From IMG/VR virus record IMGVR_UViG_3300029305_011823: a stretch of 64,000 bases of DNA. One strand, written 5' to 3'. Below, piece after piece: positions 43,404-52,524 of this stretch. Under the pieces are notes generated by a model. It saw nothing but the letters and a program-made list of their open reading frames with translations, searched no databases and had not been told where the DNA came from. The translations under genes and the position numbers were made by a program. Within the stretch, counting starts at the first letter, position 1, and each line of letters starts with the position of its first letter. The stretch is from a virus. Its lineage: Duplodnaviria > Caudoviricetes.

Positions 43404-43652
43404 TTATTCAGCGTCATCTTCTTTATGACAATGTCCGCAACATTCATGTCCTTCTCCACAATGTCCGCATTCACCTCCACAACAATCTCCGTCTGCATCA
43501 TGATGGCATCCACATGAACCTTCACAACTATGATGAACTTCTTCTTTTTCTTTTTTTGCTTTAGCCTCACTTACAAAATTTAATATAAATATTCCTGCAG
43601 CAGCACCTGCACATAAAGCTAATACTTCCATCATAGGTTTTAATATATTCAT
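43404..43652 (-). CDS. Membrane-anchored Cys/His-rich small protein (82 aa), putative metal-binding
   Basis: N-terminal hydrophobic helix followed by HHSCEGSCGCHH..CCGGECGHCGEGHECCGHCH. RBS AAGGAG. Confidence 0.7.
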   Translation of the reverse strand: MNILKPMMEVLALCAGAAAGIFILNFVSEAKAKKEKEEVHHSCEGSCGCHHDADGDCCGGECGHCGEGHECCGHCHKEDDAE

Positions 43653-43677
43653 AATTAAACACTCCTTTTTATATTAT

Positions 43678-43959
43678 TTATTTTAAATTTTCTATTGCCC
43701 ATTTTATATAACTTTCTTCTGTATAATGTCCATCATCTATCACTGTTCTTATAGCTTCATAATATTGTGATGTTTTACATCTAGGTTTATCATTAAACCA
43801 TACATATACTTCATAATCGTCGAATTTTAAATATACTTCATCAGTTTCTCTAAAATATAAAACATTATTGAGATTCTCAAATCCTAAATCTTCTGCTGCT
43901 TTTTTCAATCTAAACTTCGTATTCATTAATTCAACATATCTTTCTAATGTCATTTTCAT
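43678..43959 (-). CDS. Hypothetical protein (93 aa)
   Basis: RBS GGAGG. First gene after the promoter-like site at 43986. Confidence 0.75.
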   Translation of the reverse strand: MKMTLERYVELMNTKFRLKKAAEDLGFENLNNVLYFRETDEVYLKFDDYEVYVWFNDKPRCKTSQYYEAIRTVIDDGHYTEESYIKWAIENLK

Positions 43960-43985
43960 ATGTTTACCTCCCTACATCTTTTATC

Positions 43986-43997
43986 TAAATATTTGTT
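43986..43997 (-). promoter_or_regulatory. AACA-N6-TA promoter heading the thyA/folA operon
   Basis: Reverse complement AACA AATATT TA, downstream of the terminator at 44013. Confidence 0.65.
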
Positions 43998-44007
43998 AGA
44001 TGACATA

Positions 44008-44039
44008 TAAAAAGTTAGTAGGAAAAAATCCTACTAACT
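44008..44039 (-). terminator. Intrinsic terminator
   Basis: AGTTAGTAGGA/TCCTACTAACT stem plus T run on the minus strand. Confidence 0.8.
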
Positions 44040-44041
44040 AA

Positions 44042-44575
44042 TTACATTTTACCGTATAAATCCACTACTAATTTTTCACCTTTATTTAATTTATATTCTT
44101 CATTTAATACTATATTTTGTCCAGATATTTGGAAATCAACTTTAGCTAATCTTCCTATTCTTGAGTGGAATATAATTATATTATATTCATCTTCTCCAAC
44201 ACCTGCAGTTTTTAATTTAAATTCAACCTGACCATCTTCAGTTGCCTGTAATACTTCTTGTCTTATATCTAAACTAGCAACTATAGTTTCATCTGATATT
44301 ATAGGTTTTCTAAAACTTTGTATAAGATCAACCCATTCATCATCTTTTAATTCTCCGATAGTAGAGTTTTCTACTTTACATTTGTATATATGATGTTTAC
44401 CTTTAACGTCATTGACATAGACTTTTTCATTTAAATGATATTGAACATTTTCATCAAAATCTGTAACTTCATTAATATCAACACGTAAAATTATATCAAA
44501 TAAAAAAGCTATTAAATTGTCATGATCAAACTTTTTAAGGTTTCTTTTAAAATACTCAATGCTCACATTCATCAC
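44042..44575 (-). CDS. Putative virion protein with CBM5/12-like and small beta-sandwich domains (177 aa)
   Basis: FDENVQYHLNEKVYV..IYKCKVENST...DEW motif. Paralogous to the N-terminal part of the 44587 product. Confidence 0.55.
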   Translation of the reverse strand: MMNVSIEYFKRNLKKFDHDNLIAFLFDIILRVDINEVTDFDENVQYHLNEKVYVNDVKGKHHIYKCKVENSTIGELKDDEWVDLIQSFRKPIISDETIVASLDIRQEVLQATEDGQVEFKLKTAGVGEDEYNIIIFHSRIGRLAKVDFQISGQNIVLNEEYKLNKGEKLVVDLYGKM

Positions 44576-44586
44576 CCTTTCTCTAG

Positions 44587-45381
44587 TTATTCTTTAGGTG
44601 AAAAGAAAAATTCACCATTAACCATTTCTAATATATATGGATTTCTATCGACATCTAATATTTTAATTTCTGTTTGAGATGTATAAATGTCTGTTAACTC
44701 AAAAAATATATCTTCATCTATCATATAAATTTTATATACTTCATCTGTAGCTGAATCTTTAACAAATATTTCAGGTTTAGAATATTTGAATTCTGATAAT
44801 ATTATAAATACATCCTCACCAATAACACCGACTTCATAGTTATTACCGTTACTACTTAACATGATTAATCTGTCAGGTAATCCTATAGATTCTTTTATTT
44901 CAATGATAACTTTATCTCCTATTTGTACTATACTTGAAGGTATAAATGTAATTTTACCATTCTCATCTATTACAAAATCTCTACCATTTAAATAAATATC
45001 TTTATCAATATAAATAGTTACAATTGAAGTACCGTGTTTATAGTCTGAAATAACAATATTATCAATATTGTCTTTGTCAACATAAACAACTTCTTCTCTA
45101 ATATAAATACTTCCAGCTTTTTTTACCTCTTCATCATATACGTCTAATACATGTTCCCATTCATCAGGTATAAACGTATTTGATGATTGATCTGCTTTAC
45201 AACGATATATTTTGTGAATACTGTTTTCTTTTAAATGTACATAATCACCTTTTGTATAGATTTTTCCTTGTTCATACGGTTTAACATTTTCTAAATCAAT
45301 TACAGTTAAATCTAACAGGAACTTTAACACATTGTAACAATCTATTTTTCCATAGTTTGTTTGAATAAAGCGTATACTCAA
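44587..45381 (-). CDS. Putative virion protein with CBM5/12-like domain and C-terminal triple repeat (264 aa)
   Basis: YEQGKIYTKGDYV..IYRCKADQSS..DEWE motif and three ~30-aa C-terminal repeats. TTG start after GGAGG. Confidence 0.55.
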   Translation of the reverse strand: MSIRFIQTNYGKIDCYNVLKFLLDLTVIDLENVKPYEQGKIYTKGDYVHLKENSIHKIYRCKADQSSNTFIPDEWEHVLDVYDEEVKKAGSIYIREEVVYVDKDNIDNIVISDYKHGTSIVTIYIDKDIYLNGRDFVIDENGKITFIPSSIVQIGDKVIIEIKESIGLPDRLIMLSSNGNNYEVGVIGEDVFIILSEFKYSKPEIFVKDSATDEVYKIYMIDEDIFFELTDIYTSQTEIKILDVDRNPYILEMVNGEFFFSPKE

Positions 45382-45424
45382 AAGAAAACACCTCCTTTAT
45401 TAAAAAGTTTTATTTGCTATCCAT

Positions 45425-45436
45425 TAAGAAATTGTT
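45425..45436 (-). promoter_or_regulatory. AACA-N6-TA late-type promoter
   Basis: Reverse complement AACA ATTTCT TA. Confidence 0.7.
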
Positions 45437-45441
45437 TCGGT

Positions 45442-46722
45442 CTATTTTTCTTCTCTAAATTTAACAATATCTGCTAATAAATTATTCAAATATTCTGTAT
45501 TCACAAGCATTATAAATCTATATTCTGCAGTTATACTACAATTATAAACATATAGTTTTAGTTCATCCCAGTCAATTCTATATTCCTTTCGTTCAACTTC
45601 CATTTCTCTAGGACCTTTCAGGACTACTGCATCTAAGAAAGTTGTCATTGGAATACCATGTTTCTTATGATAATTATAAGCTTCAGTTAAACTTGTATTT
45701 AACAATACTGACAGATCTAAAGGATAAGGTACTTCATCAGTATCTATTTCAAATGCAGGCATTGTAAATACTTGCCATCCATTAGGCATAGTTCTGTTAG
45801 TAGCATAATATTGTGGTGTGAATGTAGGAACTAACTTATCATTTCCTAATAGCATACTACTATCTTGCAATCCTTCATTTCTCACTTGATCGAAAATTAC
45901 ATCATTATTAGATAAGTAAACATAAAGTCCTGCAGTATTAAAATCACATCTTAAAGAGAAAGTTATATAGCATTCATCTGAAACCATATTCTTTTTACTA
46001 GGATCGTCTATAGATAATCCTGTAATAGCCATGTTAACATGGGAATGATGGTATCTGAAGAATTCATGTCTACCCGACGCATTTTTATATTTTATAGTTA
46101 CTGGATACATACTGTTATTATTTACATAAGATAAGAACTCACCTATTCTATTTTCTTCACTTGTAGTAAATACATCTTCATATCCAGCATCTTTTGCTAA
46201 TAACCACATTATATCTCTAGAAATGTAACTTTCAAGTCCGACGACTTTAGTCATTTCCCAATTTTGTCTTACTCTGTTTTTAAAATAATGTGCTAAGTTT
46301 ATTTGTTCCATTTGCGTTTCTACTATTATCGCAACGTCAAATACTATTCTTAAAGAGTTTAATAAAAATTGAATTTGTCTTTTATTATCTCTATCATAGA
46401 AAAAGTTTTGTAAGTTACCTGATTCAATATCATCATTATTTATATCATAAATCCTTTGAGCTAAATATGTTTGATTTATAGGAAGCTCGTCATTCATATC
46501 CATTTCTATTCTCGGCTTCATGATAATCATAGGTTTTTGTTTTTTTATAAACTCTTTTCTATTATTATTGAAAGTAGCGAAATCTCTATAAGCAATAGTA
46601 GAGTTTATATAGTTTGTCTTAAAATAATTAGGTGGGAATAAGTTTACTAAAAAATCATTAGCAAATGTTGCTATATTCCCATAAGTATGAGCTAGACTGG
46701 CAGCTGCCATAGAATATCTCAT
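45442..46722 (-). CDS. Hypothetical protein, probably virion structural (426 aa)
   Basis: Strong RBS AAGGAGG and its own AACA-N6-TA site. No catalytic motif recognised. Confidence 0.55.
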   Translation of the reverse strand: MRYSMAAASLAHTYGNIATFANDFLVNLFPPNYFKTNYINSTIAYRDFATFNNNRKEFIKKQKPMIIMKPRIEMDMNDELPINQTYLAQRIYDINNDDIESGNLQNFFYDRDNKRQIQFLLNSLRIVFDVAIIVETQMEQINLAHYFKNRVRQNWEMTKVVGLESYISRDIMWLLAKDAGYEDVFTTSEENRIGEFLSYVNNNSMYPVTIKYKNASGRHEFFRYHHSHVNMAITGLSIDDPSKKNMVSDECYITFSLRCDFNTAGLYVYLSNNDVIFDQVRNEGLQDSSMLLGNDKLVPTFTPQYYATNRTMPNGWQVFTMPAFEIDTDEVPYPLDLSVLLNTSLTEAYNYHKKHGIPMTTFLDAVVLKGPREMEVERKEYRIDWDELKLYVYNCSITAEYRFIMLVNTEYLNNLLADIVKFREEK

Positions 46723-46751
46723 TACATCTACCTCCTTCTTAGTATATTCAT

Positions 46752-46763
46752 TATCTCATTGTT
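46752..46763 (-). promoter_or_regulatory. AACA-N6-TA late-type promoter
   Basis: Reverse complement AACA ATGAGA TA, after a terminator. Confidence 0.75.
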
Positions 46764-46771
46764 TTGATAAG

Positions 46772-46807
46772 AAAAAAATTAGGTTGGTATAATCACCAAC
46801 CTAATTT
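46772..46807 (-). terminator. Intrinsic terminator overlapping a stop codon
   Basis: AAATTAGGTTGGT/ACCAACCTAATTT stem plus T run. Confidence 0.8.
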
Positions 46808-47389
46808 AAGTTTAACATTACTTGTAATATAATTTTTAACTCTAATAACATCTAATTCATAATACATTTTATAAAATAAATAATCACTTTGTTCCATATT
46901 TAAACCGTTTAATAAATCATATTCTTCATATTCGATACCAACTCTATCAAAATCATTAATATCCATTATATATTTTCCATTTGTATAAAATATACTATTA
47001 TGATATACCAAATCAGTTTCATCATAGATTTCTCCCGTTCTCAGCGTGGCATCTAGAACTATATCAAACAAATTATCTTGAACTTTTATCATTTCTAGAC
47101 CTCTTACTGGTACCAGGAATCTAGTTAATTCCATAAAATGAAAGTTATCGATTACTTTATACATTGTATTATCTAATAGAATCATTGAATATTCTCTATC
47201 TAATATCCCTTCTCCTATTAAATATTTAACTCTTTCGTTTATATAATGATGATATATTTCATAATGTTTTCTATCAAGTTTTTTATTATAAATTTCTCTA
47301 TTATAAACTTTAACTACTACTCTATATTCATCATCTTCTTTATACCAACGTATAACTGATTGTCTATTAATCCTTACCTCTTCAATCAT
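46793..47389 (-). CDS. Hypothetical protein (198 aa)
   Basis: ORF with upstream GGGGTG and a downstream terminator hairpin. Confidence 0.7.
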   Translation of the reverse strand: MIEEVRINRQSVIRWYKEDDEYRVVVKVYNREIYNKKLDRKHYEIYHHYINERVKYLIGEGILDREYSMILLDNTMYKVIDNFHFMELTRFLVPVRGLEMIKVQDNLFDIVLDATLRTGEIYDETDLVYHNSIFYTNGKYIMDINDFDRVGIEYEEYDLLNGLNMEQSDYLFYKMYYELDVIRVKNYITSNVKLKLGW

Positions 47390-47400
47390 GTTCGCACCCC

Positions 47401-47766
47401 CTATAATAAAAGCATCTCCAATCCAAAACTTTGTTCTATTTGTGCAAGTGTTTTATGTCCAGGTAAATTATTATTATATAAATAAAGTTCATCTAATATT
47501 GCTTGTGTATAATTCTCTATAGACTCATCTTCCCAAAATACTGGAACATATAATACAGCACCATACGGAACATGAGTTATATCTTGATCTACTGTTATCT
47601 TACATGGCAAATATACTCTATGTTTATTTAGCACATGTTCTCTTAGTTCTTCTGTTATTTCAAAATTAGCTAAATGAGTTTTCATCTTTCCAGTTACTAT
47701 ATCAATTTCTATTTTCGTAAAATGTACCATATTCATGTCTTTAGTTACTACTACACTAGAAATCAT
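47401..47766 (-). CDS. Hypothetical protein (~121 aa)
   Basis: ATG at 47766 follows GGAGG; the track's TTG start overlaps the RBS. Confidence 0.7.
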   Translation of the reverse strand: MISSVVVTKDMNMVHFTKIEIDIVTGKMKTHLANFEITEELREHVLNKHRVYLPCKITVDQDITHVPYGAVLYVPVFWEDESIENYTQAILDELYLYNNNLPGHKTLAQIEQSFGLEMLLL

Positions 47767-47814
47767 ATATCTAACCTCCAATACAAAATTTTAATAAATT
47801 GTATAAATTAATAT

Positions 47815-47842
47815 AAAAAATAAAGAGGTTTGAACCTCTTTA
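47815..47842 (-). terminator. Intrinsic terminator ending the RNAP beta'-N operon
   Basis: TAAAGAGGTT/AACCTCTTTA inverted repeat plus T6. Confidence 0.75.
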
Positions 47843-48118
47843 TCCTTTATATCCATTCTCAAGATATCTGTTCATTACATTTTTTCTCAATGCATTCACA
47901 ATATGATCGTTTACATCATCTTTAAATAATTCTAATTCTTCATCTTTAAATAGTTGGTGTAATAATATAAATGCTTCTCTATCTCTTAATTTATATTCTC
48001 TTATTATCTCTAAATAACCTCTATAACGATCAAGGATTGTAAAATCCCTGTCGTATAATTTTACCATATCCATATACTTAATTAAACACCTATCCGTTCT
48101 GATTAATTCTTTATACAT
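47840..48118 (-). CDS. Hypothetical protein (92 aa)
   Basis: RBS AGGAGG overlapping the stop of the RNAP gene. Confidence 0.7.
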   Translation of the reverse strand: MYKELIRTDRCLIKYMDMVKLYDRDFTILDRYRGYLEIIREYKLRDREAFILLHQLFKDEELELFKDDVNDHIVNALRKNVMNRYLENGYKG

Positions 48119-48128
48119 AATATACCTC

Positions 48129-49583
48129 CTATACTCTACAGAAATGACTTAAACCTATTGCTAGGTCTTTTATTGGCATCATGTTACCACTTAATAAACC
48201 ATCATTATGAGATACCATTAAGAACAATCTTGCATTATACTTTCTAGTTGCTTTGATTTGATCTTTAGCTGATAGCTTAGTTATTGTTAAGTTGTCGCCA
48301 TCAAAATCTGCGTTAAGACCACTAAGGATCATAAGAGATATTGCCATTGTATAATCATCTACTCTTTTTGTTACATCTACAATCTTAACTTGTAATATAG
48401 AACCTACGTCTATAGTTGGAGCACGGTTAATTAAGCAATATGTTAAATCTTGTGCTATCATTAATTTGATTATCTTATATATCTTTTCACTGAAATTTAT
48501 ACAACCCATATACCATTCACTATATGCTTGACTTTCAGTTATGTTTTGTGTACTTGCTAATTTTTGTATTATCTCAAATTTATACATCTCTAAGAATGAT
48601 ATATATGATAATATAATTTCATCTGCTGCTAAGTTTGGATTTGATATTATAACGTTTCTTGATGTGTAATTCATTCTTCCTGCTAACACACCTGATTTTA
48701 TAAACCCATCTTTCTTATTAATTGTACTGAACATTTTCTCATATAGTTCATTTACTTTCTTTTGTATATATGGTAATTTCTTATCTACTGATAAAGCATC
48801 ATTTGAATTATTCATTCTAGATACTGAACTAAATATCATATTGTATATCTTATCAGTTCCATTTACAAAGTTGATTTCATTTTGAACCATTGCAAATCTT
48901 AATGCTGAACTAAATACTGGAATATATTGGAAGAATAATTTATCTTTATTAGCTTTTACAAATGCAACATTACCTTCCATATTAGAATTTCTTTTATTCT
49001 TTTCAGCATAATAATCTAATATCTCATCAAATCTTCTTTGGAATTCTATCATTCCTATATTCTTAAATGGTTGATCTTTATCAAATTCAATTTCATCATC
49101 TAATAATGGATTACCAAATTGATCTGTATCTACAAATTTAGGTGGTTGTATAATATTCTCTAATATAGATTGCTTATTCTTTTCACCCATTATATTATTA
49201 AGGTATAAATATAATGCTGGATGAATTATATAATAATCTTTGATTTTAATATAAGCAAATTTTTCTAAATCTATATCAACTAATCTAACATTACTTCTAC
49301 AATATGGACATATAGATGATTCATGAGATTTACCTTCTAGATATCCACATTCACAACTATATCTTTCTTTAAATGCATTCTCACTTGACATTTCACTATA
49401 GAAGAAATCCGAACGGATTCCTCCTTTATTATAACTACCATCTGTTGTCTTCTTATCTTTTATCGGTTCATAGACAACGAATGCTTTTCCTGCTTTTAAA
49501 TCTAATTCTGCCTCTTTATCTATATTAGAAATTTGTAACATAAATCCATTCTTTTCAATCCCATTATTTCTTTCTATTATCAT
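48129..49583 (-). CDS. rpoC: Phage multisubunit RNA polymerase beta' subunit, N-terminal half with catalytic site
   Basis: Zn ribbon ERYSCECG...CPYC, GRMNYTSRNVI, LINRAPTI and catalytic NADFDGD. The protein ends shortly after the catalytic motif, as in the split beta' of phiKZ/AR9-like phages. Confidence 0.93.
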   Translation of the reverse strand: MIIERNNGIEKNGFMLQISNIDKEAELDLKAGKAFVVYEPIKDKKTTDGSYNKGGIRSDFFYSEMSSENAFKERYSCECGYLEGKSHESSICPYCRSNVRLVDIDLEKFAYIKIKDYYIIHPALYLYLNNIMGEKNKQSILENIIQPPKFVDTDQFGNPLLDDEIEFDKDQPFKNIGMIEFQRRFDEILDYYAEKNKRNSNMEGNVAFVKANKDKLFFQYIPVFSSALRFAMVQNEINFVNGTDKIYNMIFSSVSRMNNSNDALSVDKKLPYIQKKVNELYEKMFSTINKKDGFIKSGVLAGRMNYTSRNVIISNPNLAADEIILSYISFLEMYKFEIIQKLASTQNITESQAYSEWYMGCINFSEKIYKIIKLMIAQDLTYCLINRAPTIDVGSILQVKIVDVTKRVDDYTMAISLMILSGLNADFDGDNLTITKLSAKDQIKATRKYNARLFLMVSHNDGLLSGNMMPIKDLAIGLSHFCRV

Positions 49584-49595
49584 ACAATCACCCTC

Positions 49596-49826
49596 CTAAG
49601 ATAATTTATTAAATAATCTTTTTAAATCCTTATTAGCTTCATTTTTTGTGTCATACAATAATTCAATGGATTTTCCATTTTTCATTGTAATTTCTAAAAC
49701 CCACGTGTCTTCATCAACCATACCTGTTTCACAATCATAATATTCTTCAACATATGCGTGTGATACTTCACTTAAATTAACTACAACATCGTCTGCTTCA
49801 AACATTATAAATTTATCCATACACAT
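49596..49826 (-). CDS. Hypothetical protein (76 aa)
   Basis: RBS AGGAGG. Part of the small-gene operon. Confidence 0.7.
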   Translation of the reverse strand: MCMDKFIMFEADDVVVNLSEVSHAYVEEYYDCETGMVDEDTWVLEITMKNGKSIELLYDTKNEANKDLKRLFNKLS

Positions 49827-49853
49827 TACCTCCTAAATTATTATATAATTTTA

Positions 49854-50213
49854 CTATCTAAGATATTCATCATTTAGAAAAGTTAATTCATAATATAAAT
49901 CATCATATCTAGCACATGCTTCTCTAAATGGACAATTACCACATTCACCTCCACATGAGTTTAGCATTTCTTGATAAGATTCTGCTAAATTCATAATACT
50001 ATCATGAAATTCTTTCCAAAATTTATCAACCCTTTCTGGTTTATCACTATAAACTTCCCATTCAGTTCCATCATCTATTAATTCTTCTACAAGACTTCCA
50101 TTTTCCCACATTAACTTACCACGATTAGAATATACATACCTCCCTTCTTCCCAACAGTTCTTTCTAACCTTAAACCCATTATTAACTTTCATCATAGCTT
50201 CCCACATTTTCAT
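49854..50213 (-). CDS. Small protein with Tad2/DUF2829-like N-terminus and Cys cluster (119 aa)
   Basis: MKMWEAM..GFKVRKNCW...EWEVY resembles the MxFxEAL..GxKVxRxxW..DWxI pattern. Also CGGECGNCPFREAC. Confidence 0.45.
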   Translation of the reverse strand: MKMWEAMMKVNNGFKVRKNCWEEGRYVYSNRGKLMWENGSLVEELIDDGTEWEVYSDKPERVDKFWKEFHDSIMNLAESYQEMLNSCGGECGNCPFREACARYDDLYYELTFLNDEYLR

Positions 50214-50227
50214 ATTAAATTACCTCC

Positions 50228-50431
50228 CTAATCTTCAAAATAATTATATTCTTTTCCTGTATCATTTATATAATCACCATACATTAAACAAGAACCTATA
50301 TAATCCATTGCTAAACTTAAATCCATAAGAACTTCTGTTTTATAATCACATTCTTCCATAGTTGCATTTATCATATTATATTGATTCTCTAACTCAATTA
50401 AATCGTTTAATAATTCTGATAATTTTCTCAT
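50228..50431 (-). CDS. Hypothetical protein (67 aa)
   Basis: RBS AGGAGG. Operon member. Confidence 0.7.
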   Translation of the reverse strand: MRKLSELLNDLIELENQYNMINATMEECDYKTEVLMDLSLAMDYIGSCLMYGDYINDTGKEYNYFED

Positions 50432-50440
50432 ATTAGCCTC

Positions 50441-50755
50441 CTACATTATAACTGCATTTAAATCTATTATTGTCATTTCTATTCTAAATACTGTATAATC
50501 ATTCTTATCTCTTATATCAGTTATATATTTTTCTAAAGCTGTATTCTCATCTTTATATGCTTCTATTATCTCATAGTTTAAACTATATGATTTCATCTTC
50601 ATATAATCGTCTATTAATAATTCCACATAATCATTTGCTTTTTCTTTATTTTTATAATATCTAGGTTCTCTATAATATTCTGTATAAGTTACATTATAAT
50701 CATCATCTTCTTCAACTTTACCACCAAATACTACAAATAATTGATTTTTCTTCAT
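50441..50755 (-). CDS. Hypothetical protein (~104 aa)
   Basis: ATG 50755 (MKKNQLF) follows AAGGAGG. The upstream extension in the track is more likely a structured leader. Confidence 0.7.
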   Translation of the reverse strand: MKKNQLFVVFGGKVEEDDDYNVTYTEYYREPRYYKNKEKANDYVELLIDDYMKMKSYSLNYEIIEAYKDENTALEKYITDIRDKNDYTVFRIEMTIIDLNAVIM

Positions 50756-50847
50756 AATTAATTCCTCCTTAAAATTTTTCATAATATTGTTGAGATGAAT
50801 ATAAAAATCCATCTCAACACTCATTCTCACATTATATTATTACGTAG

Positions 50848-50880
50848 TAATAATATAGTACTCAAATCCTACGTTTTACA
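50848..50880 (-). promoter_or_regulatory. Degenerate early-type promoter (TGTAA..TTGAGTACTATATTAT)
   Basis: Shares TATATTAT and the upstream TGTAA with the other two sites. Confidence 0.55.
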
Positions 50881-50883
50881 CTT

Positions 50884-51150
50884 TTATATAAAGTTTATTT
50901 GTGTTTTTATTTTATCAAATTTATCTCTTATTTCATCATAAGTTAATAATCCTGCATTTAGATTTCTACATGTCATATCTTTATATAACTTATTTAATCT
51001 ATCACATAAATTATCTGATACCATAAATTCATATATTGGTGTCTTTACAATACACAATACTTCTATATTTTCTGAATAAGCCATTGTTAAGAAGTTATCT
51101 AATGTTTCTGTTCCTTTATAGAATGACATTAATAAATCTCTTTTACACAT
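50884..51150 (-). CDS. Hypothetical protein (~88 aa)
   Basis: ATG 51150 after AAGGAG, downstream of an early-type promoter motif. Confidence 0.7.
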   Translation of the reverse strand: MCKRDLLMSFYKGTETLDNFLTMAYSENIEVLCIVKTPIYEFMVSDNLCDRLNKLYKDMTCRNLNAGLLTYDEIRDKFDKIKTQINFI

Positions 51151-51180
51151 AATTACCAACTCCTTTTATTTTATTCGCTA

Positions 51181-51214
51181 TTATAATATATAATTGAAAT
51201 TATACCTTTTTACA
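51181..51214 (-). promoter_or_regulatory. Early-type promoter TGTAA-N11-TTCAATTATATATTATAA
   Basis: 18-bp core and spacing identical to 59919-59952. Confidence 0.7.
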
Positions 51215-51218
51215 TAAG

Positions 51219-51247
51219 AAAAGGTATTAGGAAAAAACCTAATACCT
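51219..51247 (-). terminator. Intrinsic terminator after beta'-C
   Basis: AGGTATTAGG/CCTAATACCT stem. Confidence 0.75.
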
Positions 51248-52457
51248 AGAATGTCATATCGTCTAAATTGATTTCATTAGTTTTAACTGATGTATCATGC
51301 ATTGCTTTCATCTTTAAGTTTAATAACGCACCTGTTAGTGTTGATGTTGTTAACCCTATAGAATCTATTTGTAATTTTTCAAATAATCTTCCTGCACATG
51401 TTAAACAAACTCCTGAATCACAACCACAATACATAATCGATCTTAATTTAACTTTCTTCCCAACATATTTACCTATACTATCATCATCTAATAAAACAGC
51501 TTTTCCATTATCCATTATATATCTATACATAAATTTAGATTTCATTGATGGTGGTATAACTATTTCAACATATCCTTTAGAACCGCAATCTTGTACGTCT
51601 TTTCTTAATACAACCGCTTGACCTAAACTTGAAACTTGTTTAGCTTTATATCCTGATACTGCCGTACCACAAGATTTAGGATATTGTGCATTTACTGTAT
51701 TTGTACCAGATGCAGCTATCTCTTCTTTACTTATACCATCAAATAAGTTATTTTCTATAAATTGATACTTACCTATAGTTTTATTGAATACTGGTCCTTT
51801 TACTATACTAAGCTGTTTATAGTTGTTTGATATAGAACCCCTTGCTCCTGAATAATATAAATCCATTGCAGGGTCGTCACCTATTTCTTTTTCAGCAAGT
51901 TTAACTAATTCTTTTTCGATTGCTGACATTACCATAACGTCACCTTTTTCTAAGGCTTCTTTATTTTCTTTAATAAGCTCAGCTTTACGTTTCATAACTG
52001 CAGGAACTGGTTTTAATCCTCTCATTGTAAATGATGCTGCTAATGGTTCATGGAATTGCATTCCTAACCATTGTATTCTATCAAAATAATCACCGAAATC
52101 CACTGTAGTTATTTTATCATCTAATAATAATTTAGATAATTTACTTTCAAGACTTTTTAGTCCATCAGCATCTATAACATCGTTTATATAACCTAAATGA
52201 ACGCCAAATCTAGCTTCTATTATAAACTTATTAAATATAAAAGAACCAACTGTAGTTATAACATCTTCTTTATTTATATATTCTCCAGCTTTTAATAAGA
52301 ATCTATCATCTGGTTCAAATTTAGATTTCACTTCTACTACTTTTCCATCAACTTTTTTAATATGGTCTGCAAATAAATCCATACCAAGTTCATAAGTTAT
52401 ATCTTCAGGTTTAAGTGATAATAAATAAGCTTTCTCTTCAGGTGTAATTCTACGCAT
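51246..52457 (-). CDS. rpoC: Phage multisubunit RNA polymerase beta' subunit, C-terminal half
   Basis: TTVGSFIFN, SGARGS, bridge-helix TAVSGY, DCGS, Zn site LRSIMYC..GVCLTCAG and trigger-loop-like MKAMH. Confidence 0.9.
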   Translation of the reverse strand: MRRITPEEKAYLLSLKPEDITYELGMDLFADHIKKVDGKVVEVKSKFEPDDRFLLKAGEYINKEDVITTVGSFIFNKFIIEARFGVHLGYINDVIDADGLKSLESKLSKLLLDDKITTVDFGDYFDRIQWLGMQFHEPLAASFTMRGLKPVPAVMKRKAELIKENKEALEKGDVMVMSAIEKELVKLAEKEIGDDPAMDLYYSGARGSISNNYKQLSIVKGPVFNKTIGKYQFIENNLFDGISKEEIAASGTNTVNAQYPKSCGTAVSGYKAKQVSSLGQAVVLRKDVQDCGSKGYVEIVIPPSMKSKFMYRYIMDNGKAVLLDDDSIGKYVGKKVKLRSIMYCGCDSGVCLTCAGRLFEKLQIDSIGLTTSTLTGALLNLKMKAMHDTSVKTNEINLDDMTF

Positions 52458-52477
52458 TATATCATATCCTTTCCAAT

Positions 52478-52514
52478 AAAAAATAAATAGAGATTATCAT
52501 TACGATAATCTCTA
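52478..52514 (-). terminator. Terminator-like hairpin
   Basis: TAGAGATTATC/GATAATCTCTA stem plus T-rich tail. Confidence 0.7.
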
Positions 52515-52524
52515 AATGTATATC

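Noticed and set aside
43367-43570. 67-aa alternative-frame ORF
   Set aside because: Overlaps the better supported 43404-43652 gene, which has an RBS and coherent composition.
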